This document shows positions 46,723-56,714 of a stretch of DNA of 64,000 nucleotides, one piece after another. A program made the translations under genes and the position numbers. The stretch lies in assembly GCA_016217925.1 (NCBI GenBank), contig JACRFK010000004.1, positions 133,869 through 197,868 of the forward strand, in the 5' to 3' direction. Within the stretch, counting starts at the first letter, position 1; the number at the start of each line of letters is the position of its first letter. The notes beneath the pieces are model-generated. The model ran no database searches. It was not told where the DNA came from and saw nothing but the letters and a program-made list of their open reading frames with translations. This stretch comes from Candidatus Kaiserbacteria bacterium. GTDB lineage: Bacteria > Patescibacteriota > Minisyncoccia > Phycocordibacterales > UBA2100.

Positions 46723-47475
46723 AAATCGATTGTCGTTGCCAATTGGAAGATGAATCCGGGGACGATGCGCGAAGCAAAGAAGCTTTTTGATGCAACGAGA
46801 GAGGCGGCCGAGTCCGCGAAGCATGTATCGGTCATTGTGGCACCTCCCGCGATCTTTTTGCGCGAGTTGCGAGCGCGGTACAAAGGAAAGCGCCTTGGGT
46901 TTGCGATACAACAAGCAAGTGCGGAGGGAAGCGGTGCGTACACCGGAGATATTTCTTTGCCGCAAGCAAAGGACGCGGGTGCGCAGTACGTGATAGTGGG
47001 CCACTCCGAGCGGCGCGCCAAAGGCGAGTCGAATGAAGATGCCGGGAAGGTCGTCGCTGCCGCGCTCGAAAGCGACATGACCCCCATCCTGTGTGTCGGA
47101 GAAAAGGCGCGCTCACACGAAGGTGAACATTTCAATGTAGTAAAGGAACAGTTGCGTACGGGATTTTCCGGTGTGGAGCCGGGGAAGATCTCGAAAGTAC
47201 TCGTCGCATACGAGCCTGTGTGGGCAATCGGCGGTGAGAAAGCCATGAGCCCGCGCGATATGCACGAAATGGCGATATTTATTCGCAAGACGATAATCGA
47301 ACTTCACGGCGAAAAAGGAATGGGCGTCCGAATCATTTATGGCGGCGCAGCGACCGAGTCGAATGCGGCAGAGATGTTGCGCGATGGTGATGTCATCGGG
47401 CTTCTCGTGGGACACGTGAGTATCAACGAGGCGCGTTTTGCTGCACTCTTACAAGCATTAGAGAACGCACGATGA
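46720..47475 (+). CDS. tpiA: triosephosphate isomerase
   Basis: VVANWKMN, IVGHSERR, AYEPVWAIGG, GGA signature; start set to MKSIVV. Confidence 0.9.
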   Translation: MKSIVVANWKMNPGTMREAKKLFDATREAAESAKHVSVIVAPPAIFLRELRARYKGKRLGFAIQQASAEGSGAYTGDISLPQAKDAGAQYVIVGHSERRAKGESNEDAGKVVAAALESDMTPILCVGEKARSHEGEHFNVVKEQLRTGFSGVEPGKISKVLVAYEPVWAIGGEKAMSPRDMHEMAIFIRKTIIELHGEKGMGVRIIYGGAATESNAAEMLRDGDVIGLLVGHVSINEARFAALLQALENAR

Positions 47476-47536
47476 ATCCCGCCCTTTCGCACCCAAGATA
47501 CTCATTCAGGTTTATTAGCATAGAAAGAGCGGGATG
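47474..47536 (+). promoter_or_regulatory. second copy of the start-codon-pairing hairpin element, upstream of pgk
   Basis: GAATCCCGCCCTTTCGC ...(31 nt)... ATAGAAAGAGCGGGATGAAAT; the left arm overlaps the tpiA stop codon. Confidence 0.5.
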
Positions 47537-48658
47537 AAATGCATCGATGAGGTACCGGCAAGCGAATTAAAAGGGAAGCGCGTACTTCTGCGTCTCGATA
47601 TCAACTTGCCCATTGGAGATGATGGCGAGGCTTCCGACGTTTTTCGTATCGAACAAGCGTGGAAGACCATACGCTATCTTGCCGAACGCGGTGCCCGTGT
47701 GATCATCGTTTCCCACTTTGGACGCGAAGGCGATTCCATCGAGCCGGTTGCGCGCGCTATGAAAAAATTCGGTGCCGCCGTATTTATTCCCGACCTTGTT
47801 GGCCCCATTGCCCGTGGTGCCGCGAAGTCCATGAAAGACGGCGAAATTGCACTCCTTGAGAATGTCCGCCGTGATGTGCGCGAGACCGAAAACGACGAAG
47901 GGTTTGCAAAAGAACTTGCCGCGCTTGCAGATATATACGTTGACGACGCGTTTGCCGCCGCGCACCGTGCTCACGCATCTATCGTCGGGGTGCCGAAATT
48001 CCTTCCTTCATACGCGGGATTGTTGATGCGGAACGAGGTAAGAGAGATTGATGCCGCCCGCGCGCCCGGGCACCCGTCACTCGCCATTCTTGGTGGTGCG
48101 AAATTCGAGACGAAAGCACCGCTCATTAAATTATTGCTCGAAAAATATGACCACGTGTTTATCACGGGCGCGCTTGCCAACGATGTCTTCAAGGCACGCG
48201 GACTTCCGGTCGGCCGCTCGCTCATTTCAAAGGAGCAGCCTGGTGAGGATATACTTTCGAATCCGCATTTCCTTGCTCCCGTCGATGTGACGACAGAAGC
48301 ATCCGACGGGCAGGCACGTGTAAAGAAACCGCAGGACGTGCAGCCTGACGATAAGATAGTAGACATCGGCCCCAGTACCGTCGCCATGCTCGCTCCGCAC
48401 ATTGCGGGTGCAAAATTCATTCTCTGGGCCGGCCCGACGGGCATGTACGAGAACGGTTACATCCACTATACACAAGCAATTGCGGAGCTCATTTCAAAAA
48501 ACGAAGGGAAAAAAGTCATCGGGGGCGGTGACACCATCGCCGCCATCGAAGCGACCGGCGTATCGCAAAAAGACCTCGGCTTCCTTTCGACCGGCGGCGG
48601 CGCCATGCTCGAATACTTGCTAAAGGGAACATTACCGGGAGTCGAGGCTCTTGGCTAG
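47534..48658 (+). CDS. pgk: phosphoglycerate kinase
   Basis: RVLLRLDINLP, VIIVSHFGR, GGGA..EYL C-terminal motifs. Confidence 0.9.
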   Translation: MKCIDEVPASELKGKRVLLRLDINLPIGDDGEASDVFRIEQAWKTIRYLAERGARVIIVSHFGREGDSIEPVARAMKKFGAAVFIPDLVGPIARGAAKSMKDGEIALLENVRRDVRETENDEGFAKELAALADIYVDDAFAAAHRAHASIVGVPKFLPSYAGLLMRNEVREIDAARAPGHPSLAILGGAKFETKAPLIKLLLEKYDHVFITGALANDVFKARGLPVGRSLISKEQPGEDILSNPHFLAPVDVTTEASDGQARVKKPQDVQPDDKIVDIGPSTVAMLAPHIAGAKFILWAGPTGMYENGYIHYTQAIAELISKNEGKKVIGGGDTIAAIEATGVSQKDLGFLSTGGGAMLEYLLKGTLPGVEALG

Positions 48659-49071
48659 TGCAAAACTGCGCGGATTTTTTCTCCCGTTGCTTCGAATTCT
48701 CCCTCGGCATACGGCTTGCCGGGCCAGAGTGAGTGCGGGTCGCCCTTGAATCGCGGCATCACATGCACATGCGCGTGGAATATCACTTGCCCCGCGCCGG
48801 CGCGGTTGTTCATACCGAGATTAATGCCGTCAGTTTTCAGCGCTTTCTCCAGAGCATGCGCGACGATGCGCGATGTGCGCATGACGGCTACCCAATCAAG
48901 GTCGTCGATCTCAAAGACGTCGGTCGAGTGTTTTTTTGGAATGACAAGCGTATGACCGGGATTCACCGGGTTGATATCGAGAAATGCGAGCGTCTCATCG
49001 TCTTCATAGACGATCTGCGCGGGAAGTTCCCGTGCAACGATTTTGCAAAAAAGGCAATCTGCAGCACTCAT
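48655..49071 (-). CDS. HIT-family (histidine triad) protein
   Basis: CLFCKI..., NPGHTLVIPKKH, HAHVHVMPR triad. Confidence 0.85.
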   Translation of the reverse strand: MSAADCLFCKIVARELPAQIVYEDDETLAFLDINPVNPGHTLVIPKKHSTDVFEIDDLDWVAVMRTSRIVAHALEKALKTDGINLGMNNRAGAGQVIFHAHVHVMPRFKGDPHSLWPGKPYAEGEFEATGEKIRAVLH

Positions 49072-49157
49072 GTATCCAGTATACCCTGTGAGGTATGGAC
49101 TTTCACATGTCGCACAGGCCCGAACATCTTATCGCATGGGGTATACAATAGGACATC

Positions 49158-50861
49158 ATGCATGACCTTGTTGTAAGACTTCTTGCAAAACGGGGGATTA
49201 CCGAAGCCGCTGCGGTCGCGGCGTTTTTGAATCCGGATTATGAGCTGCACACGCACTCGCCTTTTTTGTTACGGGGAATGGATGTTGCCGTCGCCCGCGT
49301 GTTTGACGCGATGGAGAAAAACGAACGGGTTGCGGTGTATGCAGACTTTGATTGCGACGGGATTCCCGGTGCGGCCCTCCTTTCAGACCTTTTCAACAAA
49401 ATAGAGTACAAGAACTTCGAAGTGTATCTGCCACATCGCGACAGGGAAGGATACGGGTTTCATACGGAAGCAATTGAAACGCTTGCGGGGCAGGGAGTAA
49501 AACTCATCATCACCGTCGACGTCGGCACGACCGCATTTGACGCGGTCGCGTTCGCCAAGGAAAAAGGAGTTGATGTCATTGTGACCGACCACCACGAGCC
49601 CATTAGAGAGCCTTCGGCCTCTAACGGGCCAGGAATACCCGGGGCACTACCGGGTGCAGTTGCGATGCTTAATCCAAAACTGGCACCGTACCCCTTTCCG
49701 CATTTGTGTGGCGCGGCGGTCGCCTTCAAGCTCGCACAAGCAATTCTTGCGGAGGGCCACAAGAGGGAATTGAAACAATTCGAAGCAATTCCCCAGGGCT
49801 GGGAAAAATGGCTCCTCGATATGGTCGCGATCGCGACTGTTGCAGATATGGTCCCGCTCGTCGGAGAAAATCGTGCACTCACACACTGGGGCTTGCAAGT
49901 CTTGCGCAAATCACCGCGGCCGGGGATACAAGCGCTTTGTGCAAAATTGCGATTACGTCAGTCAGAACTTTCCGAAAGTGATATCGGCTTCTCTATCGCT
50001 CCGCGCGTGAACGCCGCATCCCGGATGGATGAGCCCGACTTGGCACTACAGCTTCTCATCACGCGCGACGTTGCCGAAGCCGAGCATCTGGCGGCGCAAC
50101 TTGAAAAATTGAATACACGCAGGAAAAGCGTGGTCGCAAGTTTGGTAAAACAGGCGCGCACACATGTGAAAGAGCGGTACAAAGATGATGAACGTGTCGT
50201 CGTCGTGGGCAATCCCGAATGGAAACCGGCGCTCCTCGGCCTTGCCGCCAACTCCGTCATGTCGGACAGAGGCGGCGTCGTGTGCATGTGGGGACGCGAT
50301 GTGAACGGAAAATTGAAAGGCTCGTGCCGCTCGGACGGCGACGTTTCGGTTCTCGAACTTTTTGAGAATGCCGGAGATGTGTTCGAGGAATACGGAGGAC
50401 ATGCTGCATCCTGTGGCTTCACCGTTTCACACGAGCGCGTGCATCAATTGGGGGAGGCGCTTGCGCGTGCCGCAGAAAAATTGCCGCCTCGCGTAGATGG
50501 AGTCGCACTCGAACACGACGTGTCCGTCACCCTTTCCGATATTTCGTCGGCGTTCTTTAAAGAGGTTTCGAAGCTTGCCCCATTCGGCATCGGCAATCCG
50601 AAACCCATCTTTCTTTTGAACAACACGACCATCGTCGGGGTGAAACGTTTCGGCAAGGAAAATAATCACGTAGAGGTTATGCTCGAATGCCGCGCGAGCG
50701 GGAACTCCGCTCGCGCGTTCGAATTTTTCAAATCACCCGGCGATTTTTCTCTTGAGCCAGCTCCGGGACAATTTGCGAGCCTCCTTGCGACCATCGAGCG
50801 CGACTCCTACCGCGGTGGGCTTGCGCTCAGGATTGTTGATATCGTTCCCGTGTCGGTATAA
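49158..50861 (+). CDS. recJ: single-stranded-DNA-specific exonuclease RecJ
   Basis: DHH motifs VYADFDCDG and VIVTDHH; DHHA1 domain; 567 aa. Confidence 0.85.
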   Translation: MHDLVVRLLAKRGITEAAAVAAFLNPDYELHTHSPFLLRGMDVAVARVFDAMEKNERVAVYADFDCDGIPGAALLSDLFNKIEYKNFEVYLPHRDREGYGFHTEAIETLAGQGVKLIITVDVGTTAFDAVAFAKEKGVDVIVTDHHEPIREPSASNGPGIPGALPGAVAMLNPKLAPYPFPHLCGAAVAFKLAQAILAEGHKRELKQFEAIPQGWEKWLLDMVAIATVADMVPLVGENRALTHWGLQVLRKSPRPGIQALCAKLRLRQSELSESDIGFSIAPRVNAASRMDEPDLALQLLITRDVAEAEHLAAQLEKLNTRRKSVVASLVKQARTHVKERYKDDERVVVVGNPEWKPALLGLAANSVMSDRGGVVCMWGRDVNGKLKGSCRSDGDVSVLELFENAGDVFEEYGGHAASCGFTVSHERVHQLGEALARAAEKLPPRVDGVALEHDVSVTLSDISSAFFKEVSKLAPFGIGNPKPIFLLNNTTIVGVKRFGKENNHVEVMLECRASGNSARAFEFFKSPGDFSLEPAPGQFASLLATIERDSYRGGLALRIVDIVPVSV

Positions 50862-50870
50862 TGCGGACTC

Positions 50871-51281
50871 ATGGCTAAACAAGTCGTTATCTACACTGAT
50901 GGAGGTGCCCGAAATAATCCGGGGCCCGCGGGTGCCGGCGTCGTCATCATTGATGAAAAGAAGAAAGTCACACTGAAAAAATATCTCGGAAGTCAGACCA
51001 ATAATTGGGCAGAGTACGAGGCCGTAGTACTCGCGCTTTCAGAGGCGAAGAGGCTCGGGCTCGGCGGGCGCCCTCTAGAAGTGCGTATGGATAGCAAGCT
51101 CGTCGTTGAGCAAATTCTCGGCAATTGGAAAATAAAAGAACCGACGCTCAAGCCACAGGCTGCGAAAGTTCGCGCGCTGCTCGCGGCAGATTTTCCAAAA
51201 TATCATTTCGTACACATTCCGCGCGAGGAAAACGCCGAGGCGGATGCGCTCGTCAATGAGGTGCTAGATTCATCCCGTTAG
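50871..51281 (+). CDS. rnhA: ribonuclease HI
   Basis: VVIYTDGGARNNPGPAG, TNNWAEYEAV, C-terminal EENAEADALVN. Confidence 0.85.
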   Translation: MAKQVVIYTDGGARNNPGPAGAGVVIIDEKKKVTLKKYLGSQTNNWAEYEAVVLALSEAKRLGLGGRPLEVRMDSKLVVEQILGNWKIKEPTLKPQAAKVRALLAADFPKYHFVHIPREENAEADALVNEVLDSSR

Positions 51282-51282
51282 A

Positions 51283-51345
51283 AATAGCGCGCCCCAAAGG
51301 CCCGTCGGGCGTGCAAGCACGGGCGCGATTTCTAACGGGACGGGG
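51283..51345 (+). terminator. long GC-rich hairpin after rnhA (terminator-like)
   Basis: GAAATAGCGCGCCC ... GGGCGCGATTTC outer stem enclosing inner hairpins. Confidence 0.4.
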
Positions 51346-51369
51346 TGGTGTATTTTTCTTGATAATCTC

Positions 51370-52866
51370 ATGAACATGTCTGTCAATGTCTTATGGGCAC
51401 TCGTCGGAGGATTCTTGGTGGGAGTCTTTGCGCGCTCATTCTTTTTGGTGCCGTGGCCATTTGCGGCTTTTTTATTCTTACTTTCCCTCGGCGCGCTCGC
51501 CCTCGCATACTTCGAAAGGTCAAAATGGCAGCAGTTGGTAGTCGTTTCGGTCGCGCTCACCGCATGTGCCGCAGGGATTTTTCGCATGGATCTGGCCTCG
51601 TTGCGCGGTGCTCCGGAACTCACCTCGCATCTCGGGGAGACGGTGACCGTCGAAGGTTTGGTCGTTGACGAGCCGGATGTTCGCGAAAGCAACATGCGGC
51701 TGCACATACGCGTTGGGGAAACCGGCGTACTCGCCACGGTGCCGCCGCATACGGAAGTGCACTACGGCGACATCGTCCGCGCTAAAGGCAAGCTCGGATT
51801 GCCGGAGAATTTCGACACAACTCTCGGTAGGCAATTTAATTATCCGATGTATCTCGCCAAAGACGGGATCGTATACACGCTCTCGTTTGCGCAAGCCGAT
51901 ACGGTAGCGAAAGGGCACAGCAACTTCCTGAGAACGGCGGCGATTTGGACAAAGCAGCAGTATCTGAAAGGGTTGCAAGTAGTTTTGCCGGAGCCGGAAT
52001 CGGGACTTGCCGGTGGCATTACGGTGGGAGACAAGCGCGGAGTGGGAAAGGAGTACTCGGACATTTTTATTGTCGTCGGGCTTGTGCACATCATCGTGCT
52101 TTCCGGATACAACATAACCGTCGTGATGAACTTGGTCGGGAAGTTGCTCGCGGGCGCATCGCGCGTGGTACAACTCTCGACGAGCGTACTCATCGTTGTG
52201 TTCATTGTGCTCATGACGGGCATGGCGCCAAGTGCGACACGTGCCGGCGCGATGGCGCTCCTCCCGCTCGTCGCGCGCATGACGGGGCGCATGTATCTGG
52301 CGCTCCGCGCGCTTGGGGTCGTCGCACTCGTGATGGTGCTTTGGAATCCGTATATCCTCGCGTTTGACCCGGGATTCCAATTATCCGTACTCGCAACACT
52401 CGGACTCGTGCTTTTCTCGCCCGTATTTGCGCAGTGGCTGTATTGGATACCGGAAAAATTCGCACTGCGCGAGATCGCCGCCTCGACACTCGGTACGCAA
52501 ATGACGGTATTGCCACTCTTGTTGTATCAAAATGGGCTTCTCTCGCTCGTCGCATTGCCCGCGAACCTCCTTGCGCTCATCGTGGTGCCGCTCGCGATGG
52601 CACTCTCTGTCATCTCCGCGATGGCGGGGATATTGTTCGGCTTGCCCGCCCTGAGCGCAGTCGAAGGGTTTGGGACGTTCATCGCATTTCCTGCATATGT
52701 ATTGCTCGCGTATATCATCAAAGTTGCTGAACTTTTCGCCGCGTTGCCATTTTCCGCGGTATCGGTCGCCGCGTTCAGCGCGTGGTGGATGTTTGGAGCG
52801 TACGCGCTCATGTTCGGCGGGTTGTGGTCCATGAAAAAAGGCACGACCGATGGTCGCGCCTTTTAA
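51370..52866 (+). CDS. comEC: ComEC/Rec2-family DNA-internalisation channel protein (membrane domains only)
   Basis: DUF4131-like N-terminal region plus competence domain GITVGDKRG...IVVGLVHIIVLSGYNIT; no C-terminal MBL domain (encoded separately at 55500). Confidence 0.8.
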   Translation: MNMSVNVLWALVGGFLVGVFARSFFLVPWPFAAFLFLLSLGALALAYFERSKWQQLVVVSVALTACAAGIFRMDLASLRGAPELTSHLGETVTVEGLVVDEPDVRESNMRLHIRVGETGVLATVPPHTEVHYGDIVRAKGKLGLPENFDTTLGRQFNYPMYLAKDGIVYTLSFAQADTVAKGHSNFLRTAAIWTKQQYLKGLQVVLPEPESGLAGGITVGDKRGVGKEYSDIFIVVGLVHIIVLSGYNITVVMNLVGKLLAGASRVVQLSTSVLIVVFIVLMTGMAPSATRAGAMALLPLVARMTGRMYLALRALGVVALVMVLWNPYILAFDPGFQLSVLATLGLVLFSPVFAQWLYWIPEKFALREIAASTLGTQMTVLPLLLYQNGLLSLVALPANLLALIVVPLAMALSVISAMAGILFGLPALSAVEGFGTFIAFPAYVLLAYIIKVAELFAALPFSAVSVAAFSAWWMFGAYALMFGGLWSMKKGTTDGRAF

Positions 52867-52939
52867 CGTTAGCTTTTAGAGACGATTACCCAGTAGGCGA
52901 ATCAGCTGATTCGTGGCTAGGCCATAACCTTGTACTCAA

Positions 52940-53365
52940 TCACATCGAGGACCCCTTCGGTTGCATGTACCAACCCAAGGCTGCTGCGGGAATTATCCAG
53001 TAGCCGGCCAAGACGAGGGTGGACCAATTAGCGAGGAATGGCCAGAAGTTGGGGAGTACCCCCGCGACCGCCGAGAGCGAGCCCGTTTGTGCCAAAACTC
53101 CTGCGACGCCGGTAATGAAGGCGGCTGCAATCGTGACGACAAACCCTGTAGCACCGAAAATGGCACCACTCTTTAGATCGCGTGCGCCGTACCACCAGGT
53201 AAGGAGCCCCACGAGGACAGCCGAGAGGACGACGAACGTTATGTATTGAGGAGTGAGCATTCCTCCGCTTGCCGATGCCGGAACGAGCGCGACCAAGGCC
53301 GCAATGACCGTATTTATCAAATAATTGCCCAAAAACGCCACTAAAATCGCTCTATCAACGTTCAT
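52940..53365 (-). CDS. hypothetical integral membrane protein (4 TM)
   Basis: 141 aa, uniformly hydrophobic helices. Confidence 0.45.
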   Translation of the reverse strand: MNVDRAILVAFLGNYLINTVIAALVALVPASASGGMLTPQYITFVVLSAVLVGLLTWWYGARDLKSGAIFGATGFVVTIAAAFITGVAGVLAQTGSLSAVAGVLPNFWPFLANWSTLVLAGYWIIPAAALGWYMQPKGSSM

Positions 53366-53553
53366 AATGTATATATGATTATCCTAATGTCCTAAGGATA
53401 CCATGTATCCAGGGGCGCAAGCCCCTTCTCCACACAGGCAAAAAACGGGCCGGCGTCGCCGCCGGCCCGATGGATTCGCGACTGATGACATCGCCGCGTC
53501 GTATTTTGTGGGCTCCGCCTGCCCATTGCTGTCTGACTCATCGGCCGCTCAGG

Positions 53554-53958
53554 TCAAGCAATCGGCAGTACTTCGGCCTTGGAATTGCCGATGCCGGAGT
53601 CGTCCATCGGTGGGCTGCCGCCGACCTCGTCCGGTTTCTTCGGCGGCCAAACGTCCTCAACCGTGTAGGACTTCTTCGGTTCAGCGTTGCGCTTTTGCTC
53701 CGACGCGACCCACGTGAGCGCGGCTTGAACATCTGCCTCGTTGCCGAGTCCAATCAGATCGGCACTGACGACGATGCTCTTGGCGAAGGCCTCGTGCTCC
53801 TTCGGAACAGCCGTCCCTTTTAGCAGCTTGCAGGCGCCGCGAAACTCATCCTGCACGGTCTGCAAATTATTGCCGCCGTTGTACTGGGCGGCGATATCCT
53901 CGAACACGTCGCTGCGTTCGTGCAACGGCGGAGGCTTCGTCTGATTGGTTTCGGCCAT
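53554..53958 (-). CDS. hypothetical protein
   Basis: start set to MAETNQ; no homolog recognised. Confidence 0.3.
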   Translation of the reverse strand: MAETNQTKPPPLHERSDVFEDIAAQYNGGNNLQTVQDEFRGACKLLKGTAVPKEHEAFAKSIVVSADLIGLGNEADVQAALTWVASEQKRNAEPKKSYTVEDVWPPKKPDEVGGSPPMDDSGIGNSKAEVLPIA

Positions 53959-54055
53959 GGCCGTATCCTCTCTAGCTAGCGAGAACAACCCATGTCGACA
54001 TGGGGCTTCACAGGATGCGAAGCCCAAAGACTATATGCCCGCGGCAACCGACTGT

Positions 54056-54646
54056 CTATTTCTGCGCTTCATCGAACCGTTTTTCTATCACGCTCCAATT
54101 GAGGTTTTTGAAGAACGCGTCTATATATTTGCCCTTGCCCGTCGCACCGTAATCGAGGAGAAATGCGTGTTCCCATACGTCGAGCGCAAGGAGTATGGGA
54201 AGCGTCACGAAATGTCCCTGGTGCTGCTCGCCGGAAAATCCCGAGAGGAGCTCGTCTCCTTTTTTGTCGTAGTACAAAATCGCCCAGCCGGGCCCGCGCA
54301 TGTTGCCAATCTTCGTCATGACCTCGACGACGTCTTTCGGTTTGTATGTCTTTTGGAGCGCCTTCCCGAGCGCGCCACCCGCCGCAAGCTCTTTGGCGCC
54401 ACCCTCAAACTGCTCGAAGTAGTGCTCATGCAGCCGCATGCCGTCGAATTCAAATGAACGGCGGCGGATGAGCTCGGCGACGGGATGCATATTTTTCTCC
54501 CAATCTTCCATAGCGAGTTCCGCAATCTGTTTGGATATCGCATTAAAATTCTTTACATAGCCTTCGTAGAGCCCGATGTGCTGCTTCACGGATTCATCCG
54601 AAATGCCTTCGAGCGAGGGGAGAGTAAACTTTTTTGCTTCGTACAT
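54056..54646 (-). CDS. Fe/Mn superoxide dismutase
   Basis: metal ligands in HH..YV and DVWEHAF motifs; 196 aa. Confidence 0.85.
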   Translation of the reverse strand: MYEAKKFTLPSLEGISDESVKQHIGLYEGYVKNFNAISKQIAELAMEDWEKNMHPVAELIRRRSFEFDGMRLHEHYFEQFEGGAKELAAGGALGKALQKTYKPKDVVEVMTKIGNMRGPGWAILYYDKKGDELLSGFSGEQHQGHFVTLPILLALDVWEHAFLLDYGATGKGKYIDAFFKNLNWSVIEKRFDEAQK

Positions 54647-54719
54647 ATACGGCTAGTATATCATCGCGGTCCGTGAAGGCACGCTGAAAAAGAAGAAACC
54701 CGGGGCGGCCGGCCGGGTT

Positions 54720-55451
54720 TCAAGCAGAAAGGATCATTTTTTGAAGTTTTCCATTCTCCGCACCGAGGTCGAACGGCTTTTCGACCCGATACGGCTCATG
54801 TCCGAAGTAGACGGTCATCCGGCGCCCGCGTTTTGCGAAGAGGTGGAAAATACTTCCCCAGAAATGGAGTTTCCGTTCCACTCCCGGCACGTCGATCCAC
54901 ACAGGAAGCACAAGCGCCCCGCCCAGCGAAGCAAGCAACGGTAGGCCGGTTTCCCTCACCGGCCGCATACGACGCCCGTTCATTTCGACGAACACAACTT
55001 CTGAATTGTCGTCGTCGAACGTTCGCGTGCCTTCCGCAAATATGAGAATGTTGCCACCCGCTTTCAACACGCGGGCAGCCGCAGCGGCAGCGTGCACCTT
55101 CTTCACCGTGCTATCGCGGTCGACTTGGATACATCGCAGTCTCCTACGAAGCAGTGCCGTCGGGACAAGTCTTTCCCGGGGCATGTTCCAGACGAAGAAG
55201 CGCGGGTTCACGAAATAGTGACGATGAAATATCGCTGACATCAGGAAGGGACTGAGCCCCTCCGGATGGTTGGCTGCGATAATGACGCCACCTTCACGCA
55301 GCGCCCGCACAGCAGGTCCGTATCCTTCGACGCGCACCTTGCCGCAGGCGCGCAACAGGATGTATCCAATGGCCAGAAACAAGCCGAACGTCCACGCAAT
55401 CGCGTAGCCGTTCAGCCAATCGGGGCCGAGTAGCTTTTTCATGCGAAGCAT
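54720..55451 (-). CDS. lysophospholipid (1-acylglycerol-3-phosphate) acyltransferase family protein
   Basis: N-terminal TM; NHPEG and FAEGTRT acyltransferase motifs. Confidence 0.55.
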   Translation of the reverse strand: MLRMKKLLGPDWLNGYAIAWTFGLFLAIGYILLRACGKVRVEGYGPAVRALREGGVIIAANHPEGLSPFLMSAIFHRHYFVNPRFFVWNMPRERLVPTALLRRRLRCIQVDRDSTVKKVHAAAAAARVLKAGGNILIFAEGTRTFDDDNSEVVFVEMNGRRMRPVRETGLPLLASLGGALVLPVWIDVPGVERKLHFWGSIFHLFAKRGRRMTVYFGHEPYRVEKPFDLGAENGKLQKMILSA

Positions 55452-55499
55452 GACGTTCTCCTAAGACCTCTATGGTCCGACGGGCATAGTAGCAACCAG

Positions 55500-56393
55500 A
55501 TGTCGACGGTCAACGATAGTGCGGGCTATACTTTGGCCATGCGAAAAAGCGTGCGGATAAAAGGGGCGGCGATAGTTGTACTTCTCCTTGCCACGCTCTG
55601 CATCTGGTACGCGGCAATACAGGAAGACCACCGCGGCTTTCTCGCTGTTTCTTTCCTTGATATCGGCCAGGGCGATTCCATTTTCATCCAAGTGCCTTCA
55701 GGCAGGCAGGTCCTTGTCGACGGCGGCGCGAACACAAGCGTGTTGCGCCAGCTTTCGCGTGTGATGCCTTGGTACGACCGTTCAATTGATGTCGTTATTT
55801 CTACTCACCCGGATGCCGACCACATCGGCGGACTCATAGATGTGCTCGCGCGGTATAAAGTGGATACCGTCGTTCACTCAAGCGTCGAAGGGGATACGAA
55901 AACATTCGCCGCCTTCAACCGCGCGATGGTGGACGAGCACGCACAAGAGGTTGTCGCTATCCGCGGACAAATTGTTGACCTCGGTAGAGGGGCGTACCTC
56001 CAAATACTTTCTCCCGACCGGCCCGTGCCACATGAAGATACCAACGATGGTTGCGTCGTGGCGCGGCTCGTCTACGGAACGACCGCATTCATGCTTTCGT
56101 GCGACGCGCCGCAATCTATTGAAAATTATCTCGTAGCCCTCGGCACGTCTACCCTCAAATCAAATGTCTTGAAAGCCGGACACCACGGCTCTAAGACTTC
56201 TTCGTCACCGCTTTTCCTCGGATATGTCGCGCCTGAGTACGGCGTATTCTCCCGCGGCTGCGACAACAGCTACGGGCACCCCGCGCCGGAAATCGTCGCG
56301 CGCTTCGCGCAATTCGGCATCCCGACATTCGATACCTGCAAAGACGGCACGGTTACATTCGTGTCCGATGGAAAGACCGTGAGGAGGAATTAG
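55500..56393 (+). CDS. standalone metallo-beta-lactamase-fold hydrolase of the ComEC C-terminal-domain type
   Basis: LDIGQGDSIFIQ...VLVDGG...HPDADHIGG...GHHGS motifs; N-terminal TM. Confidence 0.7.
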   Translation: MSTVNDSAGYTLAMRKSVRIKGAAIVVLLLATLCIWYAAIQEDHRGFLAVSFLDIGQGDSIFIQVPSGRQVLVDGGANTSVLRQLSRVMPWYDRSIDVVISTHPDADHIGGLIDVLARYKVDTVVHSSVEGDTKTFAAFNRAMVDEHAQEVVAIRGQIVDLGRGAYLQILSPDRPVPHEDTNDGCVVARLVYGTTAFMLSCDAPQSIENYLVALGTSTLKSNVLKAGHHGSKTSSSPLFLGYVAPEYGVFSRGCDNSYGHPAPEIVARFAQFGIPTFDTCKDGTVTFVSDGKTVRRN

Positions 56394-56632
56394 ACGAGGC
56401 CGGCTTTCTTTAAGGTCTGGAAGGCGCCGCGCTTCTGCATCGTCTTCAGGCCTTTGGCCGAGACGCGCACGGTGATTTTCTTTCCGAGTTCGGGGATAAA
56501 AAGCGTTTTTGTCTGAAAATTGACCTGGCGGCGGCGTTTGCCCGTCGGGTTGAATTTGGTCGCGCGGACGCGGTTGGAATACCCGCCTCCCACTTGAGAC
56601 TTTTTGCCTGTTATGTCGCAGACGCGTGCCAT
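56390..56632 (-). CDS. rpmB: 50S ribosomal protein L28
   Basis: MARVCDITGKK...VRVSAKGLKT matches L28; start set to MARVC. Confidence 0.85.
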   Translation of the reverse strand: MARVCDITGKKSQVGGGYSNRVRATKFNPTGKRRRQVNFQTKTLFIPELGKKITVRVSAKGLKTMQKRGAFQTLKKAGLV

Positions 56633-56672
56633 AAGAAGACGCATGCTAGCATGGGGAAGCTAAAACGCAAAA

Positions 56673-56712
56673 TAATTTACAATTTTGCAATTTACAATTT
56701 TCAATCAATTTC
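56673..56712 (+). repeat. left AT-rich inverted repeat flanking the four-helix-bundle gene
   Basis: AATTTACAATTTTGCAATTTACAATTTTCAATCAATTTCC; partner at 57102-57130. Confidence 0.5.
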
Positions 56713-56714
56713 CA

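Noticed and set aside
49080-49157. Possible N-terminal-mimic uORF upstream of recJ (MDFHMSHRPEHLIAWGIQ)
   Set aside because: It has no residue identity with the RecJ N-terminus, no PAG junction and no ATGA overlap, so it does not fit the xer/fusA pattern.
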